DNA from: a virus
Taxonomy: Duplodnaviria > Caudoviricetes
IMG/VR virus record: IMGVR_UViG_3300042261_000478
Coordinates: 1 to 24,069 of that record
DNA: 24,069 nucleotides
Direction: 5' to 3' (one strand)
In this document: piece after piece, positions 9,019 through 18,210 of the stretch
How the letters are laid out: each line of letters begins with the position of its first letter
Position numbering within the stretch: the stretch's first letter is position 1
Made by a program: the position numbers and the translations under genes
Notes under the pieces: model-generated
The model's input: the letters and a program-made list of their open reading frames with translations, nothing else
Told to the model about the DNA's origin: nothing
Database searches by the model: none

Positions 9019-9458
9019 ATTAATAAATGTGGATAATCTGTACAAATACCAAAGGAGGCTTCACCAACTGTTATGAACGATTCAACTTCATCTTTATTAA
9101 TTAATGGAATAATTGTATTATTATCAATCCTCATAGACAAATCATGCAACCAAATTTTTCCAGTTGAAGTATAAGTAAATGGATCTGCTGTATGACAAAA
9201 AGAATGATATGCCCAACATTCTTTTGCCGCTTCAAGATTCTTACAATGTAACCACAAATAGTTTCTACGCTTATCTAACCAATTATGATCAATTTTATAT
9301 TGTGGTTCATCATGACCTAACCACAACTCATCATTAATTGAACGAATATCTATTTCTACATGATATCCGTTACCAATTGCACAATCAATATAACTTGGGC
9401 GATTTTCTTTATCAGGTACTGGTCCGCGAATATTACCGCGATGAGAAATAACAATCAC
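9015..9458 (-). CDS. PLC-like/GDPD-fold phosphodiesterase (small)
   Basis: ISHRGN...KEN...VEIDIR...LGHD...LHCKN...GICTDYP, matching the HRG, ExD, HD and TDxP motifs of GDPD-like TIM barrels. GTG start. Confidence 0.75.
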   Translation of the reverse strand: MIVISHRGNIRGPVPDKENRPSYIDCAIGNGYHVEIDIRSINDELWLGHDEPQYKIDHNWLDKRRNYLWLHCKNLEAAKECWAYHSFCHTADPFTYTSTGKIWLHDLSMRIDNNTIIPLINKDEVESFITVGEASFGICTDYPHLLI

Positions 9459-9766
9459 AGTTCTTCAATCCTCAATGATTTGTCTTCAATGAATAAATCA
9501 TAGAATGGTTTATCCACCCTGAGTTCATGATATTTTGCCCCCCACTCCACAAGTTGTTTTGCAGTAAGTTCTGTCCAGTCAATTTGTTTACGACTACCAC
9601 GAGCAGTCCAATAAACTATTGTATGACCTTCATCGTAAAGTTTATTAATTTTTTCTATGTTCTCTGGGATTGGTTTTGCTTTTGAATAATCATGATTTGT
9701 TCCAAAGTCAACAGAAGTTTCACGATGACAAATGGTTTCGTCAATATCAACATAAATGACTTTCAT
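9455..9766 (-). CDS. Capless HAD-family phosphatase (EcbF/BcbF capsule-biosynthesis-like)
   Basis: YVDIDETIC (DxDxT), IVYWTARG, KPFYDLFIEDK; 103 aa. Confidence 0.85.
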   Translation of the reverse strand: MKVIYVDIDETICHRETSVDFGTNHDYSKAKPIPENIEKINKLYDEGHTIVYWTARGSRKQIDWTELTAKQLVEWGAKYHELRVDKPFYDLFIEDKSLRIEEL

Positions 9767-10434
9767 TGATACATATTTCTCCTATAATTTTCATTCGGAC
9801 AAGTATCAACATCAGCAACTTCTTGTTTAGTTAAGAACTTAATTCCACCCAAAAGTTTTGCGCCAATAAAAATATCAGCAGACTTTTCACACATTAAAGT
9901 AGAAGCTGCACAATCTTTTTTAGATGCAGATGCTGAGATTATACCATGATTTTGCAGAAGAATCAACTTGGGAAAATATCCTTCTTTGTCTACAAATTTA
10001 GAAACGTGCTTTTCAACTAATTTTAAAATTGCTTCACCAGGAGGTGCATAAGGAACAACACAGGACTTGATTCCATTTCTAACAATCTGGTCCGGAAACC
10101 AACGATGTTCTGCAAAATCATGAAGAACAATTGGTTCAGAGCAGAGAATTTTTGTAGTGTGTGGTGGGTGTGTATGAGCAATGAAATTAATGTCTGGAAA
10201 TGTCTTCATAATCCAGGCGTGAAAAGATGTTTCAATACTTGGTTTCTTATGCAACAGTTCTATCTGAGCACCATTTGTATTACATAAAGTCAAATCTTCT
10301 TCGGAGAGTGTATGAAGACTTGTTCCACTTGCTTTGATTAGAAAACTATTCTCGTCTACTCTGACTGATACATTACCTTCACCACATATGGTGTATTCAC
10401 CAATTTCTCTTGCTAATTCTAGTATCTCAGACAT
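9763..10434 (-). CDS. Class II aldolase/adducin family protein
   Basis: GEGNVSVR, IKASGTSL, KPSIETSFH, IAHTHP, LLQNHGII (metal-binding histidines). Confidence 0.92.
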   Translation of the reverse strand: MSEILELAREIGEYTICGEGNVSVRVDENSFLIKASGTSLHTLSEEDLTLCNTNGAQIELLHKKPSIETSFHAWIMKTFPDINFIAHTHPPHTTKILCSEPIVLHDFAEHRWFPDQIVRNGIKSCVVPYAPPGEAILKLVEKHVSKFVDKEGYFPKLILLQNHGIISASASKKDCAASTLMCEKSADIFIGAKLLGGIKFLTKQEVADVDTCPNENYRRNMYQ

Positions 10435-11530
10435 TGTTAAGAAATGTTTTTAGTTTATTTAGATCTGCCATCCAAGGAGAATTTAAACCACCAGAAATAG
10501 AAAGAGCACTATCGCTCTCTACGCTTTCTTCTACTTTTTCTACAAACTCCGTATCGTTAAAATGATGAAGTTGTGTATGAGACATTGAATATTCAAAGCG
10601 AGTATTGATATCAAAGAACAAAGGACTATTGATAGAAATAACTTTGGTCTCAGGTGGTGAAAAGATTACATTGCACATTCCACCGCCAATCGGTCCAGCA
10701 ACATACTTAGCGGAGTTGAACAAACCAATCTTTTCTTTCATCGTCATATTTTCACAGAAAACTTCTTCATATCCATAAGACTTAAAAAGTTCTGCTACTT
10801 CATCCTCATTTACACAACGACGACGCTCAGTATAGTTGGTTCCAATATTATCAAAGTTATTATGTAACCAAGTGCGCCGTGAAATATAAATCTTCTCTGG
10901 TCCCAGGTATTCACCCTTCATACGGTCGATGACATCAAACACACCAGAGTGTGGAGGAGTATTTGAAAGACCATTGTGAGTCAAGGAAGACCCAACTACA
11001 ACGGTGTTATAAAGGGTTTCTGAGTTTAAGAATACAACATCTTTCCTAGTAATACCAAGAAGTTCTAGTGACTCCCATACAAATGGATAAAGATCATCCT
11101 TACCTTCTGGTGGACTTACTAAAAGTTTTAAGTCCGGATGAATTTCCTTCTCATTAAAATATGAATAAAGATATGGCAAAGTATCATAAATGAAATGATA
11201 ATAGTTTGCCATATTATAAACAAAATAAAAGACCGGAACCGAACAAAAATTCTTAAAGTGAAGGGGTAGTTCTAACTCATATTCCATTATTTCTTCATAC
11301 ACAGTTCCTCTACCAAGAGACATAAACATCTCTTTAGTTGGAAGAGTGAGTCTCTGAGTTTGATGCGAATAGATTAGTGGTTGAGGATAATGCTTCGACA
11401 ATCCAGTAAATTGGCAGGTAAAGAAATATGCAACTTCTATATCTCTGCCATTTTCGTCTTTTGATGATATTAATCTCGTTTTTCTAGAATTCCAATATTC
11501 AATTGGTAAAGTAGTCTTTTGTATATTCAT
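10427..11530 (-). CDS. Glycosyltransferase family 61 (DUF563)-like
   Basis: NYYHFIYDTLP, KIYISRR...RRCVNEDEV, ENMTMKEKIGLFNSAKYVAGPIGGGMCNVIF. Confidence 0.85.
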   Translation of the reverse strand: MNIQKTTLPIEYWNSRKTRLISSKDENGRDIEVAYFFTCQFTGLSKHYPQPLIYSHQTQRLTLPTKEMFMSLGRGTVYEEIMEYELELPLHFKNFCSVPVFYFVYNMANYYHFIYDTLPYLYSYFNEKEIHPDLKLLVSPPEGKDDLYPFVWESLELLGITRKDVVFLNSETLYNTVVVGSSLTHNGLSNTPPHSGVFDVIDRMKGEYLGPEKIYISRRTWLHNNFDNIGTNYTERRRCVNEDEVAELFKSYGYEEVFCENMTMKEKIGLFNSAKYVAGPIGGGMCNVIFSPPETKVISINSPLFFDINTRFEYSMSHTQLHHFNDTEFVEKVEESVESDSALSISGGLNSPWMADLNKLKTFLNNV

Positions 11531-13052
11531 AAGGATGCCAATCAACTTTATTAAAAAATCTTTGCCAATATTCGTAGGTTTTTAAATCGTTTGGAGTGCC
11601 CCAACAAATATAGTTATCAATCTCAAAATTCTTAACTTTATACCCTAAACCAATTGCTTCATTGAGCATACTATCAACATAAAATTCACCATTAGTTCTA
11701 TTGTCATTATTATAAAGTGATTCAAGAGAACGGTGGAAGATTTCTTTTGTTCTGAAGAACATAGTGCCAGTGATGGCATATTCATTCACAGGATTTTCCC
11801 CAGTAAAGTTTTTAACATCAACACCACTAACATTACCTTCACCATCACAGTTCACCCACGAATATGCATTTGGTTGTAGGTGACTTGTATAGTTATTACG
11901 GTAGGTCCATACTATTATATCATTATCTTCATCATTTACCAAATCTAAAAACTTATCAGCATCGTAAAATACACCATTATCACAAGCAGAAATCAAAATA
12001 GAAGAATCTGGATCAATAACATTTACAATTCTTTCTGTCGTACACGCCTGACCTTCAAGAATTTCATTAATCCAAACTGTATTTTGACCAGGAGACTGAT
12101 GACCTTTTAGACAGGCATAAATGACATCATCAGTTTTTGGTAGACATCGAACTGCTTGCTCTACCATATTTTTACCATTAACTTGAATAAAAGGTTTTGG
12201 ATCGGCATACCCTTCCTTTGAAAAACGACTACCAGCACCTGCCATTGGAAGTGCAAGAGTGCAGTTTTCTAACTTAACTTGTTTCTGCCCTTCCAGTGCC
12301 TTACGGTAATAGTTTGACCAACTATTGTAAACATCAAGATCAAATGGAGTTCCCCATTGAAGCATATAAGGAACTTCGTAAACAAGACTTGAAAGTTCAC
12401 CACGAACAAGCAGATTGTAGACGAGACTTACATAATATTCTCCGTTGATATTTAAATCTTCATCCATCAATTGCTTAAAATACTTCTTAATGTATTTTCC
12501 TTTTTTAAAATAATAGGTTCCAGTGGAAGCAAACTCGGACATTTTATTATCTGTGAATGGTTGCTTTTCACGAACTTCTAAAATTTTATTGTTTTCATCA
12601 GTGCGGCAGAATGCATAATTATCACTACCTAACATATGTGGATGAAATCCAGTATAAGAAACTACACATCCATCACAGTCCGTTTCATTAACAAACTGCT
12701 CAAAATGATTATAATCCCAATACATTGAAAAATCACAATAGTTGATAATGACTTGTTCCTCATCATCAATTAACCAATTTTCTTCAAATACACTATGAAC
12801 TGGTCCTTTTTTATGGGGAGGAATAACGACAATCAAAGGTGTTTTTGTAATTGACTGTAATACATCAACAATATTAGTATTTTTATAATGCTCCTCATTA
12901 AGAATAAAAGCAAACTTCGTATCTTTAGGATACAAATTTACAATATGTTCAATGACAGGTTTACCATCAACTTCAATTAAGTATTTTGGAATTTTATATC
13001 CAACAGAAGAAAATCTGCTGCTCATTCCTGACATTGGGATAACTACTTTCAT
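11499..13052 (-). CDS. Tandem two-domain sugar-phosphate nucleotidyltransferase
   Basis: Two repeats of the NTP-transferase motif set: VVIPMSGMSSRF..GYKIPKYLI / EVREK / NGEYYV / WGTPFDL, and LALPMAGAGSRF..GYADPKPFI / DVK / NGEFYV / WGTPNDL. Start at ATG 13052. Confidence 0.9.
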   Translation of the reverse strand: MKVVIPMSGMSSRFSSVGYKIPKYLIEVDGKPVIEHIVNLYPKDTKFAFILNEEHYKNTNIVDVLQSITKTPLIVVIPPHKKGPVHSVFEENWLIDDEEQVIINYCDFSMYWDYNHFEQFVNETDCDGCVVSYTGFHPHMLGSDNYAFCRTDENNKILEVREKQPFTDNKMSEFASTGTYYFKKGKYIKKYFKQLMDEDLNINGEYYVSLVYNLLVRGELSSLVYEVPYMLQWGTPFDLDVYNSWSNYYRKALEGQKQVKLENCTLALPMAGAGSRFSKEGYADPKPFIQVNGKNMVEQAVRCLPKTDDVIYACLKGHQSPGQNTVWINEILEGQACTTERIVNVIDPDSSILISACDNGVFYDADKFLDLVNDEDNDIIVWTYRNNYTSHLQPNAYSWVNCDGEGNVSGVDVKNFTGENPVNEYAITGTMFFRTKEIFHRSLESLYNNDNRTNGEFYVDSMLNEAIGLGYKVKNFEIDNYICWGTPNDLKTYEYWQRFFNKVDWHPYEYTKDYFTN

Positions 13053-13053
13053 A

Positions 13054-13425
13054 TCAAGTATATTTTGGAAGTATTTTTTCTTCTCTAAAATTACTCCCAA
13101 CTAGAGAGTTAATTTTATTTTTTATTTCAAATCTTTTATCATTTGTATAATAAACTGACCTTGCAAGTTGAATAAAATCATCATCAAATTTGCATTTATT
13201 TTCACAAAGTCTAATATCATCTTCTATTTTCCACAGTTTTCTATTTACTTCTCGAAGATCATCTATTAATTCCTCAGGAATGTTTAAATCATCAACAACA
13301 TCTTTTAAGTAATTTAATTCTTTTTGTATGTTTATTTTTTTAGATTCATCAAGGCAGTGCTCTTCTTTTATTTCTAAAATAGTAAACTTATCAATTATCT
13401 CGCCAACAGATACTTCAATTTTCAT
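13054..13425 (-). CDS. Conserved helical hypothetical protein (DUF6165-like)
   Basis: EVSVGEIIDKFTILEIK...LREVNRKLWKIEDDIR...FIQLARSVYYTNDKRFEIKNKIN...EEK; family recalled from glycosylation loci. Confidence 0.75.
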   Translation of the reverse strand: MKIEVSVGEIIDKFTILEIKEEHCLDESKKINIQKELNYLKDVVDDLNIPEELIDDLREVNRKLWKIEDDIRLCENKCKFDDDFIQLARSVYYTNDKRFEIKNKINSLVGSNFREEKILPKYT

Positions 13426-14143
13426 AAACCCAATTCGAATTACGGTAAACTAAATTTACATTGTTATAATATGTATTAGATTGCGAAGAAGTTCTTTTTT
13501 CATACATATGCAATTCATTACTTTCACAATACTTGTCTATCAAATAACATAAGGAAGTTTCAACGGTATGAATTTCTTTTGCATTTTCAAGAGCCATAAT
13601 CCAATCAAAGATGTGAAATCCATTTTCACGATCTTGCTGAATGTCCATATAATGAATTTTTGAATTAGATTTAATCTCAAAATCTCTTTTCTGATGCTCA
13701 GTACCAAAAGAAGAATTTACTAAGATATAGTCTCCAACCAATTCATATTTCTGAATTAATGATTCTTCTCTTTCATAATTCCTTTCAATTGAAAAATGCT
13801 TACGATAATCTCCAATTGGAATTGAAAGAAAATAATACTTAGAAATCATTACTGATGCATTAGGAACATACCTATCTGCATAACTTAAAGGAACATACAA
13901 CTCATTTTCAGTTTGATGAAAATTTAATTGGCCATAATATTGTTTTAAAGGAAATTCATCAGTTTCTCTTACCCAAATTAGATTTTCCTTTTTAATATAG
14001 GAAGATACTATATCATAGTATACATTGCCAACTGGGTAATATACAACATACCCATCGCAAATAATAGTATCAACGATTTGCTGAACCCAAAGTATATCAC
14101 CTAATCCTAGAGGTTGATATATTAAGCAGACTTTATTTGGCAT
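13415..14143 (-). CDS. Putative GT-B glycosyltransferase (GT9-like)
   Basis: N-terminal QPLGLGDIL and C-terminal IFDWIMALENAKEIHTVETS resemble GT9-like motifs. Confidence 0.55.
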   Translation of the reverse strand: MPNKVCLIYQPLGLGDILWVQQIVDTIICDGYVVYYPVGNVYYDIVSSYIKKENLIWVRETDEFPLKQYYGQLNFHQTENELYVPLSYADRYVPNASVMISKYYFLSIPIGDYRKHFSIERNYEREESLIQKYELVGDYILVNSSFGTEHQKRDFEIKSNSKIHYMDIQQDRENGFHIFDWIMALENAKEIHTVETSLCYLIDKYCESNELHMYEKRTSSQSNTYYNNVNLVYRNSNWVYEN

Positions 14144-14954
14144 TTTCTATAAAACTATTATAGCAATATTCAAGTGATTTCTTTAGTCCATCAAACTCAA
14201 TTCCAAGACTATTAAGATATTGGCTATTTCCACAATATGATTTATCAAATCCAGACTCAAGAACGTCAATGGGAACTTTATAATCAGAAAGATTGTTAAT
14301 CATTTCAGCAACTTCGGAAAGTTTAGTAGTCTCCGGATAAACAAGATTAACCTCTTGGGGCAGATCTTTTCTACCCATAAGATAAAGGTCTATTACTTTT
14401 TTGGCATCAAGAACGCCAAAAAAGTCCATAAACTTATCCTTAAAAATAACAATTTCCCTTTTATGAATATAATTAAGAATATTGGCAGTAGTAAACATAT
14501 CCTTCGGGGAATATTTTCCAAAGACATTAAAAAATCTTAAGTTATATACGTGATTTAACTGACGAGATCTATGACTTATTAGATATTTGGAAAGTCCATA
14601 ATAATCATCTGGAATTCTTTTTCCAAAATCTTGTTCTGACACGGACATAATATCATCTTTACGACCATATGCCGCTCCACTACACAAATTAATCATTGGA
14701 ATATTTTGAGATGCTAGACACTCAAACATCATCATATTATTGTAAAAGTCATCTGCAATATCAGCACGAACTCTACGACCACCACGAATAGCAGCGTGAA
14801 TTATAAAATCAATCTCCCTATTACGAAAGAAAGAATTTACACAATCAAAATTAGAATAGTCAATATCACAATAATGAACTAAATGATCTTCCTCAAGAAG
14901 AGGAATAAGTTCTTTACCAAGATTACCACGACTGCCTGTGAATAAAATTTTCAT
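14133..14954 (-). CDS. NAD-dependent epimerase/dehydratase/reductase (extended SDR)
   Basis: LFTGSRGNLG, IIHAA, CSGAAYG, YGLSK (YxxxK), LRFFNVFG. Confidence 0.9.
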   Translation of the reverse strand: MKILFTGSRGNLGKELIPLLEEDHLVHYCDIDYSNFDCVNSFFRNREIDFIIHAAIRGGRRVRADIADDFYNNMMMFECLASQNIPMINLCSGAAYGRKDDIMSVSEQDFGKRIPDDYYGLSKYLISHRSRQLNHVYNLRFFNVFGKYSPKDMFTTANILNYIHKREIVIFKDKFMDFFGVLDAKKVIDLYLMGRKDLPQEVNLVYPETTKLSEVAEMINNLSDYKVPIDVLESGFDKSYCGNSQYLNSLGIEFDGLKKSLEYCYNSFIENAK

Positions 14955-15421
14955 CGCCTTAAATTAATGTATGAGGGTTTACCTGAGTATAGAAATTTTT
15001 CAATATCAACTTCTTCTGGTGATTGTGGACGAAATACTTCAATATTTGGAAGTGCCTCTAAAACTTTAGTATCTTCGCAAGCGTAGTGAGAAAACCCACA
15101 AGGTCCATAGTCATCATCACGACCACTTCCTACTAGTTTAACAGGAATTTGTTCGTGGTGCAAATAATTTCGAATAAACTCAAAAGGACGATACAAAACA
15201 AACGGAGTGATGGAATAGCAAACAGGGATCTTTCCATCTAAAGCAAGTCCAACACCCATACCAATCATTAACTGCTCAGCAGCTCCAGGATTAATTACAC
15301 GGTTTGGAAATTCTTCTCTTAAATGATCAAATACTTTATACCCAACATCACCAACAAGAAGGAAAATATCTTCATTCTTTTTCATTTCTCCAGTAAGAAG
15401 TTCTTGAAATCTACGTCTCAT
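14951..15421 (-). CDS. Transketolase-like subunit, pyrimidine-binding domain only (156 aa)
   Basis: LLVGDVGY, FPNRVINPGAAEQLMIGMGVGLALDG, RPFEFIR, GFSHYACED; ends at GKPSYINLRR. Confidence 0.88.
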   Translation of the reverse strand: MRRRFQELLTGEMKKNEDIFLLVGDVGYKVFDHLREEFPNRVINPGAAEQLMIGMGVGLALDGKIPVCYSITPFVLYRPFEFIRNYLHHEQIPVKLVGSGRDDDYGPCGFSHYACEDTKVLEALPNIEVFRPQSPEEVDIEKFLYSGKPSYINLRR

Positions 15422-16035
15422 AATAAATTAATTGCCTCCTGATACTGTTCTTCAGTAAAATTAGTATAGTGTGCGTCTAAACCTTTTAGTCCAAAGTGCT
15501 CGACTGATGTTCTACAAAATTTAACTCTAGGATTAAATGCTCTGATGCGATCTTCTAAAAGAATTAAATTAACAGGATCATATGCAGCCCATCCATTAGC
15601 ATTTACATAAATCTGTAGGTTTTTTATTCCATAATCATTTGAAAATCTGAGTGCTTCCCATACAGATCCTTCTGCACATTCTCCATCAGAAATCATACAA
15701 TAGACATTTCTTTTTGGATTTGCCAATGCTCTCCCAATAGATACAGTAATTCCCATTCCAAGACTTCCTGTAGAACAAAAAATCTTATCTAATTCGTTTC
15801 TTTTCGGATGCTCTCCATACTTATCAAGAAGTTCTTGGGCATCTAATCCGTGATATTTTTCCAATATTACATATAGTGCGACTACAGCGTGTCCATTAGA
15901 AAGAATAAAGATATCATCTTTATTCATATTTTTATAAATGTTATCAAGAATTTCTAGTGAAGAAAAATAACTTCCAAGATGATGTAGTTTGTTGTTATAA
16001 CAAATATCAAGAAGTCTGCGATAAAGTTTTTTCAT
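15418..16035 (-). CDS. Transketolase-like subunit, N-terminal TPP-binding domain
   Basis: HHLGSYFSS, DIFILSNGHA, STGSLGMG, ISDGECAEGSVWEAL...IYVNAN (TPP motif with SDG in place of GDG). Confidence 0.9.
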   Translation of the reverse strand: MKKLYRRLLDICYNNKLHHLGSYFSSLEILDNIYKNMNKDDIFILSNGHAVVALYVILEKYHGLDAQELLDKYGEHPKRNELDKIFCSTGSLGMGITVSIGRALANPKRNVYCMISDGECAEGSVWEALRFSNDYGIKNLQIYVNANGWAAYDPVNLILLEDRIRAFNPRVKFCRTSVEHFGLKGLDAHYTNFTEEQYQEAINLL

Positions 16036-16039
16036 TTAA

Positions 16040-16744
16040 TTAATAAACAAACATACCATCAAATTGCAATTTCTCTACAGTTTTACCCCAAGAGATAAAT
16101 TGTTCTTTTATTCGATTAAAATTAATTTGCATTTTACCAGATTCTTCAAAATCATGCACTTCAACATACATTGCATCGATCTTGCTAACTGCTTCCTCAA
16201 AAGAAGGTTCAAAAATAACCTGATTCTCAAATCCTTCAATATCCATTTTTACAAATCCAACTCTATCAAGACCCAAAGAATCAATTAAACTATTGAGTGT
16301 TTTGGTTTGAACCAAAACACTAGTTTCCCCATGAGGGTTAGTGGTGTGTTTAACAAAAGAATTCATTGTAGAATTTCCATCATGAACAAAAAACTCTGCT
16401 TCACCATCTTCCAATCCAACAGCAAGATTTAGTGGTTCAATATTAGTCTTTCCTGTCAACTCAATCAATTCTTTAAGAAGAGAGAAATGTGAAGGAGTTG
16501 GTTCTACTGAATAAATTTTTTCTGCAATAGGGGATGCATATAAAGAAAACAGTCCAATATTTGCACCTAGATCAATCACATTCAAATCTTCTTGATCTTT
16601 AAGAAAATAATAAAAGTCTTGATCAAACTGTTGAACAATTGCGCCTACACAGGAATGTTGGGCAAATGCATGATTCCTATAGTTTTCGGATGAAGATAGA
16701 TTTATTTCGTTTCCACGAATGTCTTTAAAATTTAAAACTGTCAT
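16040..16744 (-). CDS. FkbM-family methyltransferase
   Basis: VIDLGANIGLFS, YSVEP, FVKMDIEGFE, YVEVH. Confidence 0.9.
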   Translation of the reverse strand: MTVLNFKDIRGNEINLSSSENYRNHAFAQHSCVGAIVQQFDQDFYYFLKDQEDLNVIDLGANIGLFSLYASPIAEKIYSVEPTPSHFSLLKELIELTGKTNIEPLNLAVGLEDGEAEFFVHDGNSTMNSFVKHTTNPHGETSVLVQTKTLNSLIDSLGLDRVGFVKMDIEGFENQVIFEPSFEEAVSKIDAMYVEVHDFEESGKMQINFNRIKEQFISWGKTVEKLQFDGMFVY

Positions 16745-17592
16745 TTTGATACCTTGTTTATGTAATTAAGAACATCTCCTTTTAAGGTAGATTTTAACCA
16801 ATTTCTAAATGTTCCATTCTTTCTATTTAACTCTGCTGCCAAAGACCCGCCTGCCTGATGCAAAACCTTTACTTTCATTTTAGCATTATCTACAGGATCG
16901 TCAAGATATAATTCATCATTTTCAACGTAAAGATGGTCCCAACTATCCCAATGAGTTTGATCTCCCCAAGTATTACATAGACCGTAAGATAATCCTGTTC
17001 CCATAGAATCAATAATTTTTGATGAATATTTACCACTGTGAAATATTTGATTTAAAGTATCTTGTTCGTCACCGAGACCATGAAAATATGGATTTATTTC
17101 AGTTTTAATCTTATACGCTTGGCGATTTAATTCGTGCCAATCATACCAAAATTCTTTGTTATTTGATGCTATTAGACCAGCATTAATAAAGTTTTGAACT
17201 GGAATAAGATGACCTTGACCATAGGGAGGAAGATGTGCGATTGTAATTCCTTTATGAGAACTTGCTTTATTAAAAGAATTGTTATTTCTAACTCCTATTA
17301 AATCTTCTTTACTTTCAAATAACTCATTAAGAGGTCCGGTAACAACACAATCACCATCAATGTGTACAACCATATCATAGTCATCAACAAAGGGAAGACA
17401 ACTTGGCGGCATCATCCACACAGGATTTAACCAAGGATCTTTCTGCTTTGCCTCTTCCGTCTTTTTCGTATCAAACACAAAAAAATCAATATCTGGATGA
17501 AAATATTTGAAAGAGTTTTTAAGTTCTTCTACACCAATAAATTCACGATAATCATCGGTAACCCAAGTAGTTACTGCAATCTTTTTATTCAT
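16741..17592 (-). CDS. GT-A glycosyltransferase (GT8-like)
   Basis: LKNSFKYFHPD, VVHIDGDCVVTG (DxD), FINAGLI, DEQDTLN, VLHQAG. Confidence 0.75.
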   Translation of the reverse strand: MNKKIAVTTWVTDDYREFIGVEELKNSFKYFHPDIDFFVFDTKKTEEAKQKDPWLNPVWMMPPSCLPFVDDYDMVVHIDGDCVVTGPLNELFESKEDLIGVRNNNSFNKASSHKGITIAHLPPYGQGHLIPVQNFINAGLIASNNKEFWYDWHELNRQAYKIKTEINPYFHGLGDEQDTLNQIFHSGKYSSKIIDSMGTGLSYGLCNTWGDQTHWDSWDHLYVENDELYLDDPVDNAKMKVKVLHQAGGSLAAELNRKNGTFRNWLKSTLKGDVLNYINKVSK

Positions 17593-18209
17593 ATTTTTTT
17601 AAAAATGCCAGTGAGAATATTCGTGTATTCTTGATTATTAATTCTGGTAATATCTTCTAAATTACACATATTTACCACGGAATACCCCATCCTTCTAATA
17701 AAAGATTTAAGAGAATCTTCATTAAAATGCCAAAGATGTTCATCTGGTTTTTTGTGTTTCCAATTATCAAACCACTCGTCATCAAAATAATGACAATCAG
17801 GAACAGATATACAAATATAATTACAGTTTAAATCTTTAACAAATTCAATATCATTCATATGCTCTAAAGAATCAAAAAAAGTAATCACATCATAATGATT
17901 CTCTAAAATATTATCTACAAATTTGCATCCAGATGGAACTTCCCATCCAGAAATATCATGCCCATATCTTTCTCTTACTTCTGTTTCACACGCTTGAAGG
18001 AATGCTCCAGTTCCGTAACCAACATCTAAAATACTTTTTGGAATGTATCCAATGCTACCAACAATATATCCCAGTCTCAAATAAGAAGTATATCTTGTTG
18101 AATCTTGAATTTCTTTATAATAATTATTATATGTGCCAGTGTAATCAAAAGGTTTTCTTTCAACCTGATAAATTACCCCGTCTTGAGTTGTACTATAATT
18201 ATCAATCAT
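17589..18209 (-). CDS. Class I SAM-dependent methyltransferase
   Basis: SILDVGYGTGAFL, YDVITFFDSLEH, ISVP, EHLWHF. Confidence 0.88.
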   Translation of the reverse strand: MIDNYSTTQDGVIYQVERKPFDYTGTYNNYYKEIQDSTRYTSYLRLGYIVGSIGYIPKSILDVGYGTGAFLQACETEVRERYGHDISGWEVPSGCKFVDNILENHYDVITFFDSLEHMNDIEFVKDLNCNYICISVPDCHYFDDEWFDNWKHKKPDEHLWHFNEDSLKSFIRRMGYSVVNMCNLEDITRINNQEYTNILTGIFKKI

Positions 18210-18210
18210 T

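Noticed and set aside
14951-16035. Transketolase as a pentose-phosphate auxiliary gene or frameshifted pseudogene
   Set aside because: The clean ATGA junction, split architecture and coupling to an SDR fit glycan-locus TPP enzymes better; not fully excluded.
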